The notes beneath the pieces are model-generated. The model was not told where the DNA came from, did no database searches, and worked only from the letters and a program-made list of their open reading frames with translations. The position numbers and the translations under genes are program-made. Below, piece after piece: positions 19,166 through 29,481 of a stretch of 64,000 bases of DNA. How positions within the stretch are numbered: position 1 is the stretch's first letter; every line of letters starts with the position of its first letter. The stretch is from Nitrosopumilus sp. (GTDB lineage: Archaea; Thermoproteota; Nitrososphaeria; Nitrososphaerales; Nitrosopumilaceae), in assembly GCA_963662625.1 (NCBI GenBank), contig OY759726.1, forward strand, positions 1,472,001-1,536,000. Reading direction: 5' to 3'.

Positions 19166-21831
19166 TGGAGCGCCGATTCATCGAGGAGCACTTTCCAATC
19201 AAGGAAATCAGCAAGGAATCCGCAAAGGAAAAAAGCATAAGGCATGGCCACATCTCTACCCTTCACTTGTGGTGGGCGAGGCGCCCGCTCGCGGTCACCC
19301 GGGCCACCGTCTACGCCTCGCTGATTCCGGCGACCGCCGACGCCAAGAAACTGAGAAACGCCAAAGACTCCATCGTCGAGCTATCGCTATGGAAAAACTC
19401 GCTGAACAAAACCGTGATCAACAAAGCCAGGAAACGGATCATGGATTGCAACAAAAGCGCCCCAAAAGTGCTGGATCCCTTCTCCGGAGGCGGATCCATC
19501 CCACTGGAATCCCTGAGGCTGGGCTGCGAGGCGTACGCGTCTGATTACAACCCTGTCGCGAGCTTGATCGCAAAAGCGACGATTGGGACCCTGTTCCGCA
19601 ACCAAACAAATGGACGCGGCGGCGCCAGCTTAAACCCGCAAACCAAGAACCGGCTCATTTCAGATGTCCAAAAGTGGAGCCAGCATGTGCTGGGAGAGGC
19701 AAAAAAAGAAATCGAGCCGTTCTTCCCAGACGACAAACGCGGGGAATCTCCGGTAGGGTACCTATGGTCGCGCAGCATCCCGTGCCAGAACCCAAAATGC
19801 AACAGAGAAATCCCGCTGATAAAGCAGTTCTGGCTCGCAAACAAGCCGACCAGAAAAATCGCGTTATTCCCGCACGTCGTCAATAAAACGGTCCGCTTCA
19901 AAATCGTGGGGGACGGCGCAGAGCTCCCCGAGGGATTTGATCCTAAAAAAGGAACGGTGTCCAGGGGGATCGCGACATGCCTGGTGTGCGGCTATGTCGT
20001 GGACGGGAAAAAAATCAAAGAACTCTTCGCAGAAAGAAAAAACGGCGAAACCTTGAACGCGGTCATCCTGAACTCTGCGGGCAAACCGGGGAAGAAATAC
20101 CGCGTTGCTTCCCCAAAGGACCTGGGGGTTTTTACAAAGGCGCAGCTAAAACTGGCAGAAAGGCAAAATGTATTGCGCGAGAAACTCGGTATGTCGCCTG
20201 TTCCAGACGAGCCCACTCCAGAAGGAAGGGGTCGTGGAGCCGAAAGAGCCTTCTCGCTGAGATCTTACAGCATGAACACTTGGGGAGAATTATTCAACGA
20301 CAGGCAAAAACTAGTTCTGCTGGTATTTCTGGAGAAGATCCTTGACGCGCATGAAAAAATCCAAAAAGAAGAAAAACCAGAAAGGGCAAACGACATCCTG
20401 CTCTACCTTTCAATAATCTTTGACAGGCTTGTGGATAAGAACTCTAATTTGGTTTTCTATAATGCAGTAGGGGAAAAAATCGAGCATGTTTTTGGCAGGG
20501 CCGCCCTAGGAATGGTCTGGGACTATGTGGAGCTGAACCCATTCACGGACGTGGGGTGGAAGAACATGGAAAAATGGGTCTTGGGCGTCTTGGCTCACCT
20601 GGCCCGGATCGACGGCAAACCGGGCCTGGCCAAACACGCCTCTGCCACACGGCTCCCGTTTTCCGACGGGTTCTTTGACGCCGTGATCACGGATCCCCCA
20701 TACTATGACAACATTCCGTACTCCCACCTCTCGGATTTCTTTTACGTGTGGCTAAAAAGGCTGGCCGGGAGGCAGTTTCCAGACTTGTTCTCAACGCCGC
20801 TGACGCCAAAGACCGACGAGATTGTGACGTATTCCAACGGCCCGGAAGGGTGGAAGGGGGGCAAGGATTTCTTTGAAAAAATGCTCAAAAAATCGTTCAC
20901 GGAAATGCACCGCGTTCTCAAGCCCGACGGCATCACGGTGATCGTGTATGCCCACAAATCAACCGAGGGGTGGGAAACCCTGATCAACTCGTTACTGCAG
21001 TCGGGTTTTGTCGTCACGGCCGCGTGGCCGGTCCACACTGAAATGAGGACCAGGCTAAGGGCCACGGACTCTGCCACGCTGGCGTCCTCAATCTACATGG
21101 TCGCGCGAAAGCGGAAAAAAGAGCCGGTTGGATTCTACGGGGAAGTAAAGTCCGAACTCAGGAAATACCTGAACGGCAAACTGGAGCACCTGTGGAAAGA
21201 GGGCATCTCTGGGGCGGACTTTTTCATCGCCGCAATCGGCTCCGCGATCGAGGTTTTTGGAAAGTACGAAAAGGTTGTCGATGACGGCGACGCCGAAATT
21301 AAAACGCTAAGGCTTCTAAACGACGTGAGAAGCATTGTTACGGACTATGCCATAGGCAAGGTCATCAGGGGGGAGTTCTCGGACAGGATATCTAAGATCA
21401 CCAGGTTCTACGTTCTGTGGCGGTGGGCGTACGGGGAAGCCAAGGTCCCGTTCGACGACGCGCTAAAGCTGGCGCAGAGCGTGGGGATCGACATCGGGCA
21501 TGAATGGAACAAGGGATTCATCCTAAAAGAATCCGAAAACATCCGCCTGCTGGGCCCGGCCGACAGGGACGCGGCCAAATTGGAAAAATCCACCGAGCTG
21601 GTAGACGTCTTGCACCACGTGCTGCTCCTCTGGAAAAACAAAAAAACGACGGAATTAGACAGGCTGCTAAAAGAAAGCGGATTGGACAAAAGCGACATGT
21701 TCAAAAGGGTGGGGCAGGCAATCTCCGAGTCACTGCCGCCGGACAGTGCCGAAAAGAGGTGGCTGGACGGATTCCTGACGGGATTCAGGGTACGCGATTC
21801 CCAGGATGGGACGCAAACCAAACTGTTTTAA
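19165..21831 (+). CDS. DUF1156-family adenine DNA methyltransferase
   Basis: HLWWARRPLA, DPFSGGGSIP, TDPPYY, LSDFFYVW; ATG overlaps the helicase stop (TAATG). Confidence 0.92.
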   Translation: MERRFIEEHFPIKEISKESAKEKSIRHGHISTLHLWWARRPLAVTRATVYASLIPATADAKKLRNAKDSIVELSLWKNSLNKTVINKARKRIMDCNKSAPKVLDPFSGGGSIPLESLRLGCEAYASDYNPVASLIAKATIGTLFRNQTNGRGGASLNPQTKNRLISDVQKWSQHVLGEAKKEIEPFFPDDKRGESPVGYLWSRSIPCQNPKCNREIPLIKQFWLANKPTRKIALFPHVVNKTVRFKIVGDGAELPEGFDPKKGTVSRGIATCLVCGYVVDGKKIKELFAERKNGETLNAVILNSAGKPGKKYRVASPKDLGVFTKAQLKLAERQNVLREKLGMSPVPDEPTPEGRGRGAERAFSLRSYSMNTWGELFNDRQKLVLLVFLEKILDAHEKIQKEEKPERANDILLYLSIIFDRLVDKNSNLVFYNAVGEKIEHVFGRAALGMVWDYVELNPFTDVGWKNMEKWVLGVLAHLARIDGKPGLAKHASATRLPFSDGFFDAVITDPPYYDNIPYSHLSDFFYVWLKRLAGRQFPDLFSTPLTPKTDEIVTYSNGPEGWKGGKDFFEKMLKKSFTEMHRVLKPDGITVIVYAHKSTEGWETLINSLLQSGFVVTAAWPVHTEMRTRLRATDSATLASSIYMVARKRKKEPVGFYGEVKSELRKYLNGKLEHLWKEGISGADFFIAAIGSAIEVFGKYEKVVDDGDAEIKTLRLLNDVRSIVTDYAIGKVIRGEFSDRISKITRFYVLWRWAYGEAKVPFDDALKLAQSVGIDIGHEWNKGFILKESENIRLLGPADRDAAKLEKSTELVDVLHHVLLLWKNKKTTELDRLLKESGLDKSDMFKRVGQAISESLPPDSAEKRWLDGFLTGFRVRDSQDGTQTKLF

Positions 21832-21857
21832 ATTCTACATGCCCCCTAAACTCACAC

Positions 21858-24431
21858 ATGGCCAATTTTCCCGAAATAGCTGTCCCGCACACGGACATCT
21901 ATGAGGGCAAACTAACCCTTGAGACCTATGCCGCAAACCTCTGGGACGTGTTCAACGACGAGGGCCCGAGCGAGTACAGGGATCCGAAAACCTTCTTTCA
22001 GAGGACCTATCCCACAAAAAACCTGACAAAAATCCTGGATTCGGTGAAATCGAGGCTAGACGGCGGGCCGGTAGACCACTTCAGACCGATCACGACCCCG
22101 TTCGGGGGAGGGAAAACCCACACGATGATCTACCTCTACCACGAATTCCAGGAATGGCACGGCAAGAAGCCCGTCGTCCTAGTCGGGACGGCGATGGATC
22201 CCGAAACCCAGACGATCTGGGGCGAGATTGAAAACCAGCTTACGGGCAAGGTCGACAAACTCTCGGGAAACGTCTCCCGCGGGGCAACCGCCATAAAGGA
22301 AATCCTGAAAGACCACCAGCCCATTCTGATCCTGATCGACGAACTGCTGCATTACGTGAACAGGGCTGCCGGAATCAAGGTCGAACAAACCAACCTGGGC
22401 GAGCAGACCATCGCGTTTGTCCAAGAGTTAGGCGAGGCAATAATGAACCTCGAAAACGTCTGCGTGGTCGTAACGCTGCCGTCCAGCGCAAACGAGCACC
22501 TGAACGACCAAATGACGGCCGCGCTATTTGAAAAGCTCAAAAAATTCTCGGGAAGGATAGAGGACTCTGTCTCGCCCGTGGATGATCACGACATACCGAA
22601 CATAATCCGGGCCAGGCTGTTTCAAAGCACAAGCGCCCAAATCCAGGACAGGGCGGAGCCAATCATAAGCGACTTTGCAGACTACTGCGAAGAAGAGGGA
22701 ATATTCCCCGAGGGGATGGAAAAGCCAGAGTACCGAAAGCAGTTTGAGCAAAGCTACCCGTTCCTCCCCCAAGTGATCGACGTGCTGTACAAGAGATGGG
22801 GCACCCTGCAAAGATTTCAAAGGACGAGGGGCGTACTGCGCCTGCTGTCCATAGTGGTGAATGATCTCCTCAAAGCCAACAGGCCCTTCATCAGCCTGGG
22901 GGACTTTGACCTGTCAAACGAGCGCCTAAAGGGCGAGCTGACCGGGTACCTCGACGACCAGTTCCAAAGCGTGATCGCCCAAGACATCGCGGGTGACGAC
23001 TCTGGGGCCGCAAAGGTGGACAAGATGATGCCCCAAACCCTGTGGGCCGCAGAACTCGGGACGCGCGCGGCCAGGGCGATTTTCATGTATTCGCATTCCG
23101 GCGCGGTCACCTCCAAGGGGGCGACCGACGCGGAAATCATGAGGGCGACAGTCTCCCGCGGCATAGAATCCGCAAACGTCAACACCGTGCTGGAGAAGTT
23201 CCGGAACCAGCTGTTCTACCTAAACGTCGAGGAAGGCAAGTACATCTTCACAAAAGAGGCAAACATCCTAAAAATGAAGCTCGACAAGATGGAGAACATC
23301 GGCCCCAGCGCAATCGAAGAGTCAGAAAGAAGGCTAATCAAGGAAAACACCACGAGCAACAGGCTCAAGGTAATCCTGTGGCCAAAAAACTCCAAGGACG
23401 TTGAAAACTCCCACCCCATGAAACTGGTAATCCTCAGGGAAAACGACGCCAGGCTCGTCGAGTCTATATATGACTACGTGGGGGAGCAGACCAGGGTCTA
23501 CAAAAACAACATCTTCATCTTGGCGCCCTCCGAGGGGGAGAAAAGCAAGTTCCTAGCTTCCCTGAAAAGCAAACTCGCGTGGGAGCAGATCAAAAGCGGC
23601 GACGCCCGGCTAAGCGGCGAGCAAAAGAAAACGCTGGCACAAGAACTCGCAAGGGAAAACGACTACCTGAAGGACTACGTAAAGGAGTATTACAGCACGC
23701 TGTACGTACCAGGAAGGGAATCCGCGAGCGGCAGGCGCGTAAGCGTCCCGCTGTCGACGTCGCAAACGATAGATCAAATCGTGTTCGACCACCTGAGGCA
23801 GGAATCGCTAATCAACGAGCAGCTGGGGCCACTCCTAATCAAGACGCAGTACCTCGGGGAAAACGAGTACGTCGACACCGACAATCTCTACGAAACCATG
23901 CTGAGGACCCCCGGCGAGAGGAGGCCGGTCTCAAAGGACGTTCTCAAAGACGCGATTACGGACGGTGTGCTGAAGGGCGAATTCGGGCTCGGGGAAATCG
24001 AGGACGGAAAGCCAGTATGCAAATACTTTGGAAACGGGTCATACCCGGAGGTGTCGCTTGATCCCGGCGAGAAAATAATCAGGGCCCAAACCTGCCAATC
24101 CCAGATGGGGCCACGGGCAAAAGAAGAGCTCGGGTGTCCGGAGTGCGGGTACAAAACCACGGACGCCGATGACCTGGCGGGGCACAAAAGATCGCACGCG
24201 AGGGAATCGCCCCAGGACATCACAAGCCTGAACTATTCGTTTTTCGTGCCGCAGGGGGCCGTGAACCACACCGGCGGGATGTTCCTCAGCATAGCCGCAA
24301 AATTCAGCAAACTCCGCCTAACCGTCGAGGCCGATGGCGGCAAAATGACAAAGCAGGACGTTGAAAACCTAAAAGAGGCATTGAGGCAGATGGGCGCCGA
24401 CTCGGACCTGTTTGATCAGTTCGATGAATGA
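21858..24431 (+). CDS. DUF499-family AAA+ ATPase
   Basis: FFQRTYPT, FGGGKTH, ILIDE, YPF.P, FQRTRGVLRL; C-terminal CxxC-12-HxxxH finger. Start moved to ATG 21858. Confidence 0.92.
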   Translation: MANFPEIAVPHTDIYEGKLTLETYAANLWDVFNDEGPSEYRDPKTFFQRTYPTKNLTKILDSVKSRLDGGPVDHFRPITTPFGGGKTHTMIYLYHEFQEWHGKKPVVLVGTAMDPETQTIWGEIENQLTGKVDKLSGNVSRGATAIKEILKDHQPILILIDELLHYVNRAAGIKVEQTNLGEQTIAFVQELGEAIMNLENVCVVVTLPSSANEHLNDQMTAALFEKLKKFSGRIEDSVSPVDDHDIPNIIRARLFQSTSAQIQDRAEPIISDFADYCEEEGIFPEGMEKPEYRKQFEQSYPFLPQVIDVLYKRWGTLQRFQRTRGVLRLLSIVVNDLLKANRPFISLGDFDLSNERLKGELTGYLDDQFQSVIAQDIAGDDSGAAKVDKMMPQTLWAAELGTRAARAIFMYSHSGAVTSKGATDAEIMRATVSRGIESANVNTVLEKFRNQLFYLNVEEGKYIFTKEANILKMKLDKMENIGPSAIEESERRLIKENTTSNRLKVILWPKNSKDVENSHPMKLVILRENDARLVESIYDYVGEQTRVYKNNIFILAPSEGEKSKFLASLKSKLAWEQIKSGDARLSGEQKKTLAQELARENDYLKDYVKEYYSTLYVPGRESASGRRVSVPLSTSQTIDQIVFDHLRQESLINEQLGPLLIKTQYLGENEYVDTDNLYETMLRTPGERRPVSKDVLKDAITDGVLKGEFGLGEIEDGKPVCKYFGNGSYPEVSLDPGEKIIRAQTCQSQMGPRAKEELGCPECGYKTTDADDLAGHKRSHARESPQDITSLNYSFFVPQGAVNHTGGMFLSIAAKFSKLRLTVEADGGKMTKQDVENLKEALRQMGADSDLFDQFDE

Positions 24432-24918
24432 CAGGATGGATCCGAGGTACAGGATCAACATAGCCCCCGGAATGAGGGTCATGATCCGGGAGGGGGACGG
24501 GCCCGGGCTGGAGCCTAGGGACGCGATCGGGCGTTTCGGCACGCCTGCAACCATGCTCTCCGACAACTACCCGTGCCTCGTGGGCTGGAACGGCCGCAGG
24601 AAGGCCCCTCCCCGGCCGTGGAAGCCCACCGCGTCTGGGGCGGGGCTCCTGGACAGGGGCGCCGGGCCCATGAACTCCAAGCCGCGCCACCCTCAGACCA
24701 ACGGGAAGGCCGGGAGGTTCTTCCGGAGCGTGGAGGACAGGACATGGCGCCACGGGAGCATGCCCGAGCACGTGGCGTACTGCAACGAGGACAGGCTCCA
24801 CTTCTCCCCGGACACCGGCAACTGCCCGACCCCGCTGAAGGCCTTCCATGCCAAGAATGCCACGTACGCGATCAGGGAGAGCAACCCGAGATGGATGGAG
24901 GCGGAGACGGATGACTAG
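24428..24918 (+). pseudogene. IS481-family (rve integrase) transposase remnant
   Basis: TMLSDN and HPQTNGKAGRFF...YCNEDRLHFS match the rve C-terminus; N-terminus missing. Confidence 0.75.
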
Positions 24919-25040
24919 CGGACCGACTTTTCATACACTACCGTCTTTAAATGGAAACACATGTTCAGAAATGTTTGAATCAAAAACCAGCGGCGGTAAC
25001 ACATGGTTGGCATTAATTCTGGCTACGGTGGCGAACAATA

Positions 25041-25568
25041 ATGCTTGATGAATTTTGGCAAATCATAGGCATTGTAGTTTCAATTCTTGGTGTGCTGGGC
25101 TCAGTTGGTATTGCATTTTATCTTAAGCATTTGGATGGAAAACGACGTAGACGTGAGGAAACTTTCTATGTCACTACAACTGTAGGATACATCCAACAAC
25201 TAAAGGATCATTTGATAAGCATACAAAACATTTCAGAAGACGACGATACGATTCCCGAAATGGAAGTACGTGCTGAAATTACTAGAAATTTGGTAAATTA
25301 TGGCGGTAAAAACAAACAACAAATCGAGTCATTGATATCGCGGACACAACTTTCAATGAGTAATTGGATGAGCTTGGCCAGTTCTGAAAAAAGAGACGTG
25401 GAAAGTTTTATTGCTACCGTTAATTGGGTTTTGGAAAATTATCTCCCCAAGCATGATGAAAGCGATGAAACCCAAACTCGACGGTGGTCAAGTTACTTGG
25501 AAGAATTTCAGGAACGTAAAAATAACTCCATTGAAAAAATAAATTATTTGCTACGAAAATATGGTTAA
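25041..25568 (+). CDS. Hypothetical protein with N-terminal transmembrane helix
   Basis: 175-aa ORF in AT-rich DNA; IIGIVVSILGVLGSVGIAFYL hydrophobic run. Confidence 0.7.
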   Translation: MLDEFWQIIGIVVSILGVLGSVGIAFYLKHLDGKRRRREETFYVTTTVGYIQQLKDHLISIQNISEDDDTIPEMEVRAEITRNLVNYGGKNKQQIESLISRTQLSMSNWMSLASSEKRDVESFIATVNWVLENYLPKHDESDETQTRRWSSYLEEFQERKNNSIEKINYLLRKYG

Positions 25569-26356
25569 AATTTTAAAGTGGGTTTCATTGTTTCAACCAC
25601 GAATCTATTCCATTCCGTAAGGTCTTTGTCAATCCCGAATGATACCGACGCGTCTTTGTTTAATCTTAGCAAGTAACTTTTTTCTAACTGCTGATCTAAT
25701 AATCCATTGCATTTATGAACTCTTAAGACACAACTCCAATGAGTGCAATTGGCGTAATGTTTGTTAAATAATAAGTGCTCAGTTCCACAATAATCTGGTA
25801 TAGTTGTAAATGATAATTTCTTTAGCTTCTGTAATGGCGTATCATAATGATAAAATCTAGCTTCTTCAAGATTGTTTTTACCTTTTCTCATATCGAGAAT
25901 TTTATTCATGAGATCATGCAGTTTTTCCTTACGGATTGTGATTGATTCAAAAAGATCATCTCCATTATGAAGTATGTCAGTAAAAAATTTCAATAACCGA
26001 ACTTGGAATGTTGGATCACCTTGTAAAATAACTATACCTGATAATGGATCAAATAGAAAACTAAATTCCTGAATTGTTACATCATACACCCCTTTGCCCC
26101 TAAACTCATTTTCCTTTTGGAAGTGATATTGGATGTCTCCTTGGACTCCAAAACTACTCCGTTTCAAATTTGAGATTTCATGCGTTAGCTCAATTGTTTT
26201 GTCATAGCCATTTTTGTCTTTGTATTTTAGTTTAAATTTTTTTTTACTTAATTTAGTGTATATGTTACCACTGCTTAATGGGATCTTATATTTTACAATT
26301 AAAATAGAACGTGCCACTGTCTCTGCATTTACTTGGTTTAATATAAAATCGATCAT
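25565..26356 (-). CDS. Hypothetical protein
   Basis: 263-aa ORF in very AT-rich DNA, convergent with the previous gene (4-nt overlap); no motif recognised. Confidence 0.7.
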   Translation of the reverse strand: MIDFILNQVNAETVARSILIVKYKIPLSSGNIYTKLSKKKFKLKYKDKNGYDKTIELTHEISNLKRSSFGVQGDIQYHFQKENEFRGKGVYDVTIQEFSFLFDPLSGIVILQGDPTFQVRLLKFFTDILHNGDDLFESITIRKEKLHDLMNKILDMRKGKNNLEEARFYHYDTPLQKLKKLSFTTIPDYCGTEHLLFNKHYANCTHWSCVLRVHKCNGLLDQQLEKSYLLRLNKDASVSFGIDKDLTEWNRFVVETMKPTLKF

Positions 26357-26665
26357 ATTCTCAATATTTCTAGTACATCATTGATACAGAGGTCTCAGAG
26401 TTACAGTATCATCCTGTAACCAAACACATGTAAGAGCAAAACATGTCGCTGGATCGTGTTACGTCATTAAGGGATCCCTTGCGCTAAGCATGTGTCCTAA
26501 CAAAGTGTTTGATATGTTCTACACATCAAAGATATCTATCTAGCACATAAAGTGCAGAATTTCTAGAGAAAGGATCTTTGCTATGGATCCTGATCCCTGT
26601 ACCATCTATTGTGGGCCAGATGGGATCATGCTGATATCCAGGACCAAACCTGCGTCATGAGAAAG

Positions 26666-26845
26666 TATAACAACGCTCAAAAGTTCTTAAGCGCCAAGGA
26701 TTCCCTGTCAATGTACCTCATGACGTCCAAGTTGGAGTGAGGCATCCTCAGGCATTCGGACGTGGTGCGCCCGCCACCCCCGAACGTCTTGCAATGCCCC
26801 GGGACCGGGACGTCGCGCCTTGGCCGGGAGCCAGCTATTGCTACA
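26666..26845 (-). mobile_element. 3' end fragment of the unclassified IS (copy 2), possibly a MITE
   Basis: HSNLDVMRYIDRESLALKNF* then GCGTTGTTATA; imperfect inverted counterpart GCTATTGCTACA near 26834-26845. Confidence 0.6.
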
Positions 26846-27295
26846 CCTTGGTGCTTGGGGCGTGCGGGACGGTGCCAGCCCGCCGCATCGCGCATGCTGG
26901 CCGCACGGGAGGCGGTTGCCGCACGCTGTGGATTTGTAACCCGCACCGAAATTTGTGGAATTCATTCATGGTGCCGCGTGTAATGCACAGCGGCGCTCAA
27001 AGCACCTTGAGGATCACGGACTTCCTGGCGTAACCACACGTGCCCCGATCAAAGCAGCCAGGTGGTGGCATCGACCTAAGAAAGCGCAAGACGGGGCCAG
27101 GAAGGCCGAAAGCAAACAAACACACAACGGCGAATGGGAGGGCGTCAGTATCAGGGGCGAAACCCGCCGGGACGGGCGCGCACAAGAAGGCGATCCGGGC
27201 GTCGGCCATGGGTGGCGCCGACCCACGATTCCATGGCTGGGGGATCTCAATGCGCCCCGGCTGCGTCTCAAAGATTATTATTTGCTGGGAGGGCC

Positions 27296-29062
27296 ATGCC
27301 CTTCGTGTTCATAGAAGAGGTTAAAATACGCAACATGCTGTCGTATTCGGACTGCGCGTTTCCGCTCAAGCAGAACAACGTGGTGGTGGGGCCAAACAAC
27401 TCTGGCAAGACAAACATACTGAGAATACTGGCCATGCTACAAAATGCAGACAGACCCGGAACGGTTCGCTTGCCTGCAGAATCAAGGCTGGACAAAGGCC
27501 CCTCCGTGCTGTCCGTAAGTATCTCACTGACTACAGACGAGCCAAAAATGCTAGAACAGTCGGTGTTTCATGATTCACTCGGTACGCTGGAACCGTCCCA
27601 GGAATTTTCAAAAATCCAGGTTGCCATGAAATGGAATGCAGTGGAGGGTGCCAATTCTGAGCTGCCAGCCGAGGTGATCCTGAGGATCTCCAACGGGTTC
27701 ACGGTTTCTAACAGGCATAAAAAATTCGTGTTTTACACCGATGAGATTCCGGCCTACGGCGAGCCTACGGTGGTGCCTCCTCCGCTCACCGATCGTGATG
27801 TCGCATATGCCACGTATGAAAAAATACACGGAATTAAGCCTGAGCAGCTTTTCTCAAAGGAAGGATCTGAAACCGAGGTTAGAAAAAAACCCAAGCCCTA
27901 CTTTATGGTAGGCGAAGAAGAATACTGCATTCCATTCAGGTCGGAACTGGACAGTGACATGGACACGCTGGCGTACAGCTACTTGAAAATCAACCGGAGT
28001 AGCGGTGCCACGATCACGGTATTTGATCTGGTTGCTGGATTATTCAGGAACTGCATGTCGATATCTGGGGAGACTCCTCCCAGCATCCGGGATATGGCGG
28101 GGTTGCTATTTGAAATGAAGAACGCGCACGAGCCGGACTACGAAGAGGTAAAGTCAAGCTTCTCAAAAATCTTTACGGGAGTAACCCTAGAGGTGCGGAC
28201 ATCTGGCAATCAAGAGCACAGCATAATGATCCACGAACACGGTGGGGAGTTCCCCATCAGCATGTCGTCATCGGGATACTTTGCGACACTCTGCCTCCTT
28301 TACCAGATACATGGCAAAATAGGGCAATCGGTGTTTTTTGACGAGCCGGAAACACACCTGCACCCAAACCATGTCCGGAAGATGGCAAGTTACATAGACA
28401 ATTACCGGAAAAACGACAAAGACGGCGTGGCGGGTTCCCGGCATGGCAGATTCGACAACCGGAGGGAACGCGAAAACCAGATCACAATAATAACCCACTC
28501 GCCTGCACTGGTAAGCCGTCCGCTGCTGCGAGACGGATCAAGAAGCCTGCTTTATGTCAGGAGAGACGGAAAACGCAGTACCGTAAATACGGCACGCGAG
28601 GGATTTGAAATGCCAGTCAAGGCAAACCACTTCGAACCGAGTATATTTTTTGAGAAGTGCGTGATCCTGGTTGAGGGGCCAAGCGACGAGCATGCCGTGA
28701 AGGGGCTGTCCGACAGGCGTGAAGACGTATTCGGGCAGAACGATATAATCGTAGTCAATACCGGCGGCAAGGATCACATTCAGCACCACGTGTCGCTTCT
28801 TAAGGAATACGGAATCCCGCACGTCGCCATGGCGGACTCTGACTATTCTGGTGGCATGGACGGCGTGATCAAGCTTGGCGGCACGTTGGAGGACGAACTT
28901 CGATCGCACGGGTGGAAAAGCCGCGCACAAAAGATCTCTGCCGACGAGGCGTACACGTTCACATCCGAAGACATGGATGAACAAGAGATGGTGAAGTGCG
29001 CGCTGTACGGGGTAATGGAAAAGGCCGTCCAGCTCGCGGGTGGCGCCGTCACCCAGCCATGA
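27296..29062 (+). CDS. OLD-family ATP-dependent nuclease (ABC ATPase + TOPRIM)
   Basis: GPNNSGKT, SSSG signature, FFDEPETHLHP, ITHSP, TOPRIM LVEGPSD and ADSD. Start moved to ATG 27296. Confidence 0.88.
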   Translation: MPFVFIEEVKIRNMLSYSDCAFPLKQNNVVVGPNNSGKTNILRILAMLQNADRPGTVRLPAESRLDKGPSVLSVSISLTTDEPKMLEQSVFHDSLGTLEPSQEFSKIQVAMKWNAVEGANSELPAEVILRISNGFTVSNRHKKFVFYTDEIPAYGEPTVVPPPLTDRDVAYATYEKIHGIKPEQLFSKEGSETEVRKKPKPYFMVGEEEYCIPFRSELDSDMDTLAYSYLKINRSSGATITVFDLVAGLFRNCMSISGETPPSIRDMAGLLFEMKNAHEPDYEEVKSSFSKIFTGVTLEVRTSGNQEHSIMIHEHGGEFPISMSSSGYFATLCLLYQIHGKIGQSVFFDEPETHLHPNHVRKMASYIDNYRKNDKDGVAGSRHGRFDNRRERENQITIITHSPALVSRPLLRDGSRSLLYVRRDGKRSTVNTAREGFEMPVKANHFEPSIFFEKCVILVEGPSDEHAVKGLSDRREDVFGQNDIIVVNTGGKDHIQHHVSLLKEYGIPHVAMADSDYSGGMDGVIKLGGTLEDELRSHGWKSRAQKISADEAYTFTSEDMDEQEMVKCALYGVMEKAVQLAGGAVTQP

Positions 29063-29481
29063 TGGAATCAGATGAGCGCAGGCGTCCACACTTTTTATAC
29101 TAATACTGACACGGAGGTGTGAGATGCTTGGGACGGTGGCAAAGATGGTGCATGGGTGGAGGCACGCGTACCGTGCATACTTTCATGTATATAGACCGAT
29201 CCAAAAACACTGCGGCCTCGGTGGGGGCGAGGCTGTGTATACTTGGGATGGTGTGTGGTATGTTGAAAAGACAAAGGCTAGGGCCATCTGGCAGGATGGG
29301 TGCCATAAAGAGGGCGATGAAGAAAACCAAATGGCCAACTGCAATATTATAATTGGCGAGAATCTAGGCCCCCATTGCGTGACTGAACGTTCATTCACGT
29401 TAATTCACGTTATAACAGATGCATTAATTCCAACACTTCACAGCATGGAGACGTCCATGCCCAAGCCGGGGGCGCCTGCAA

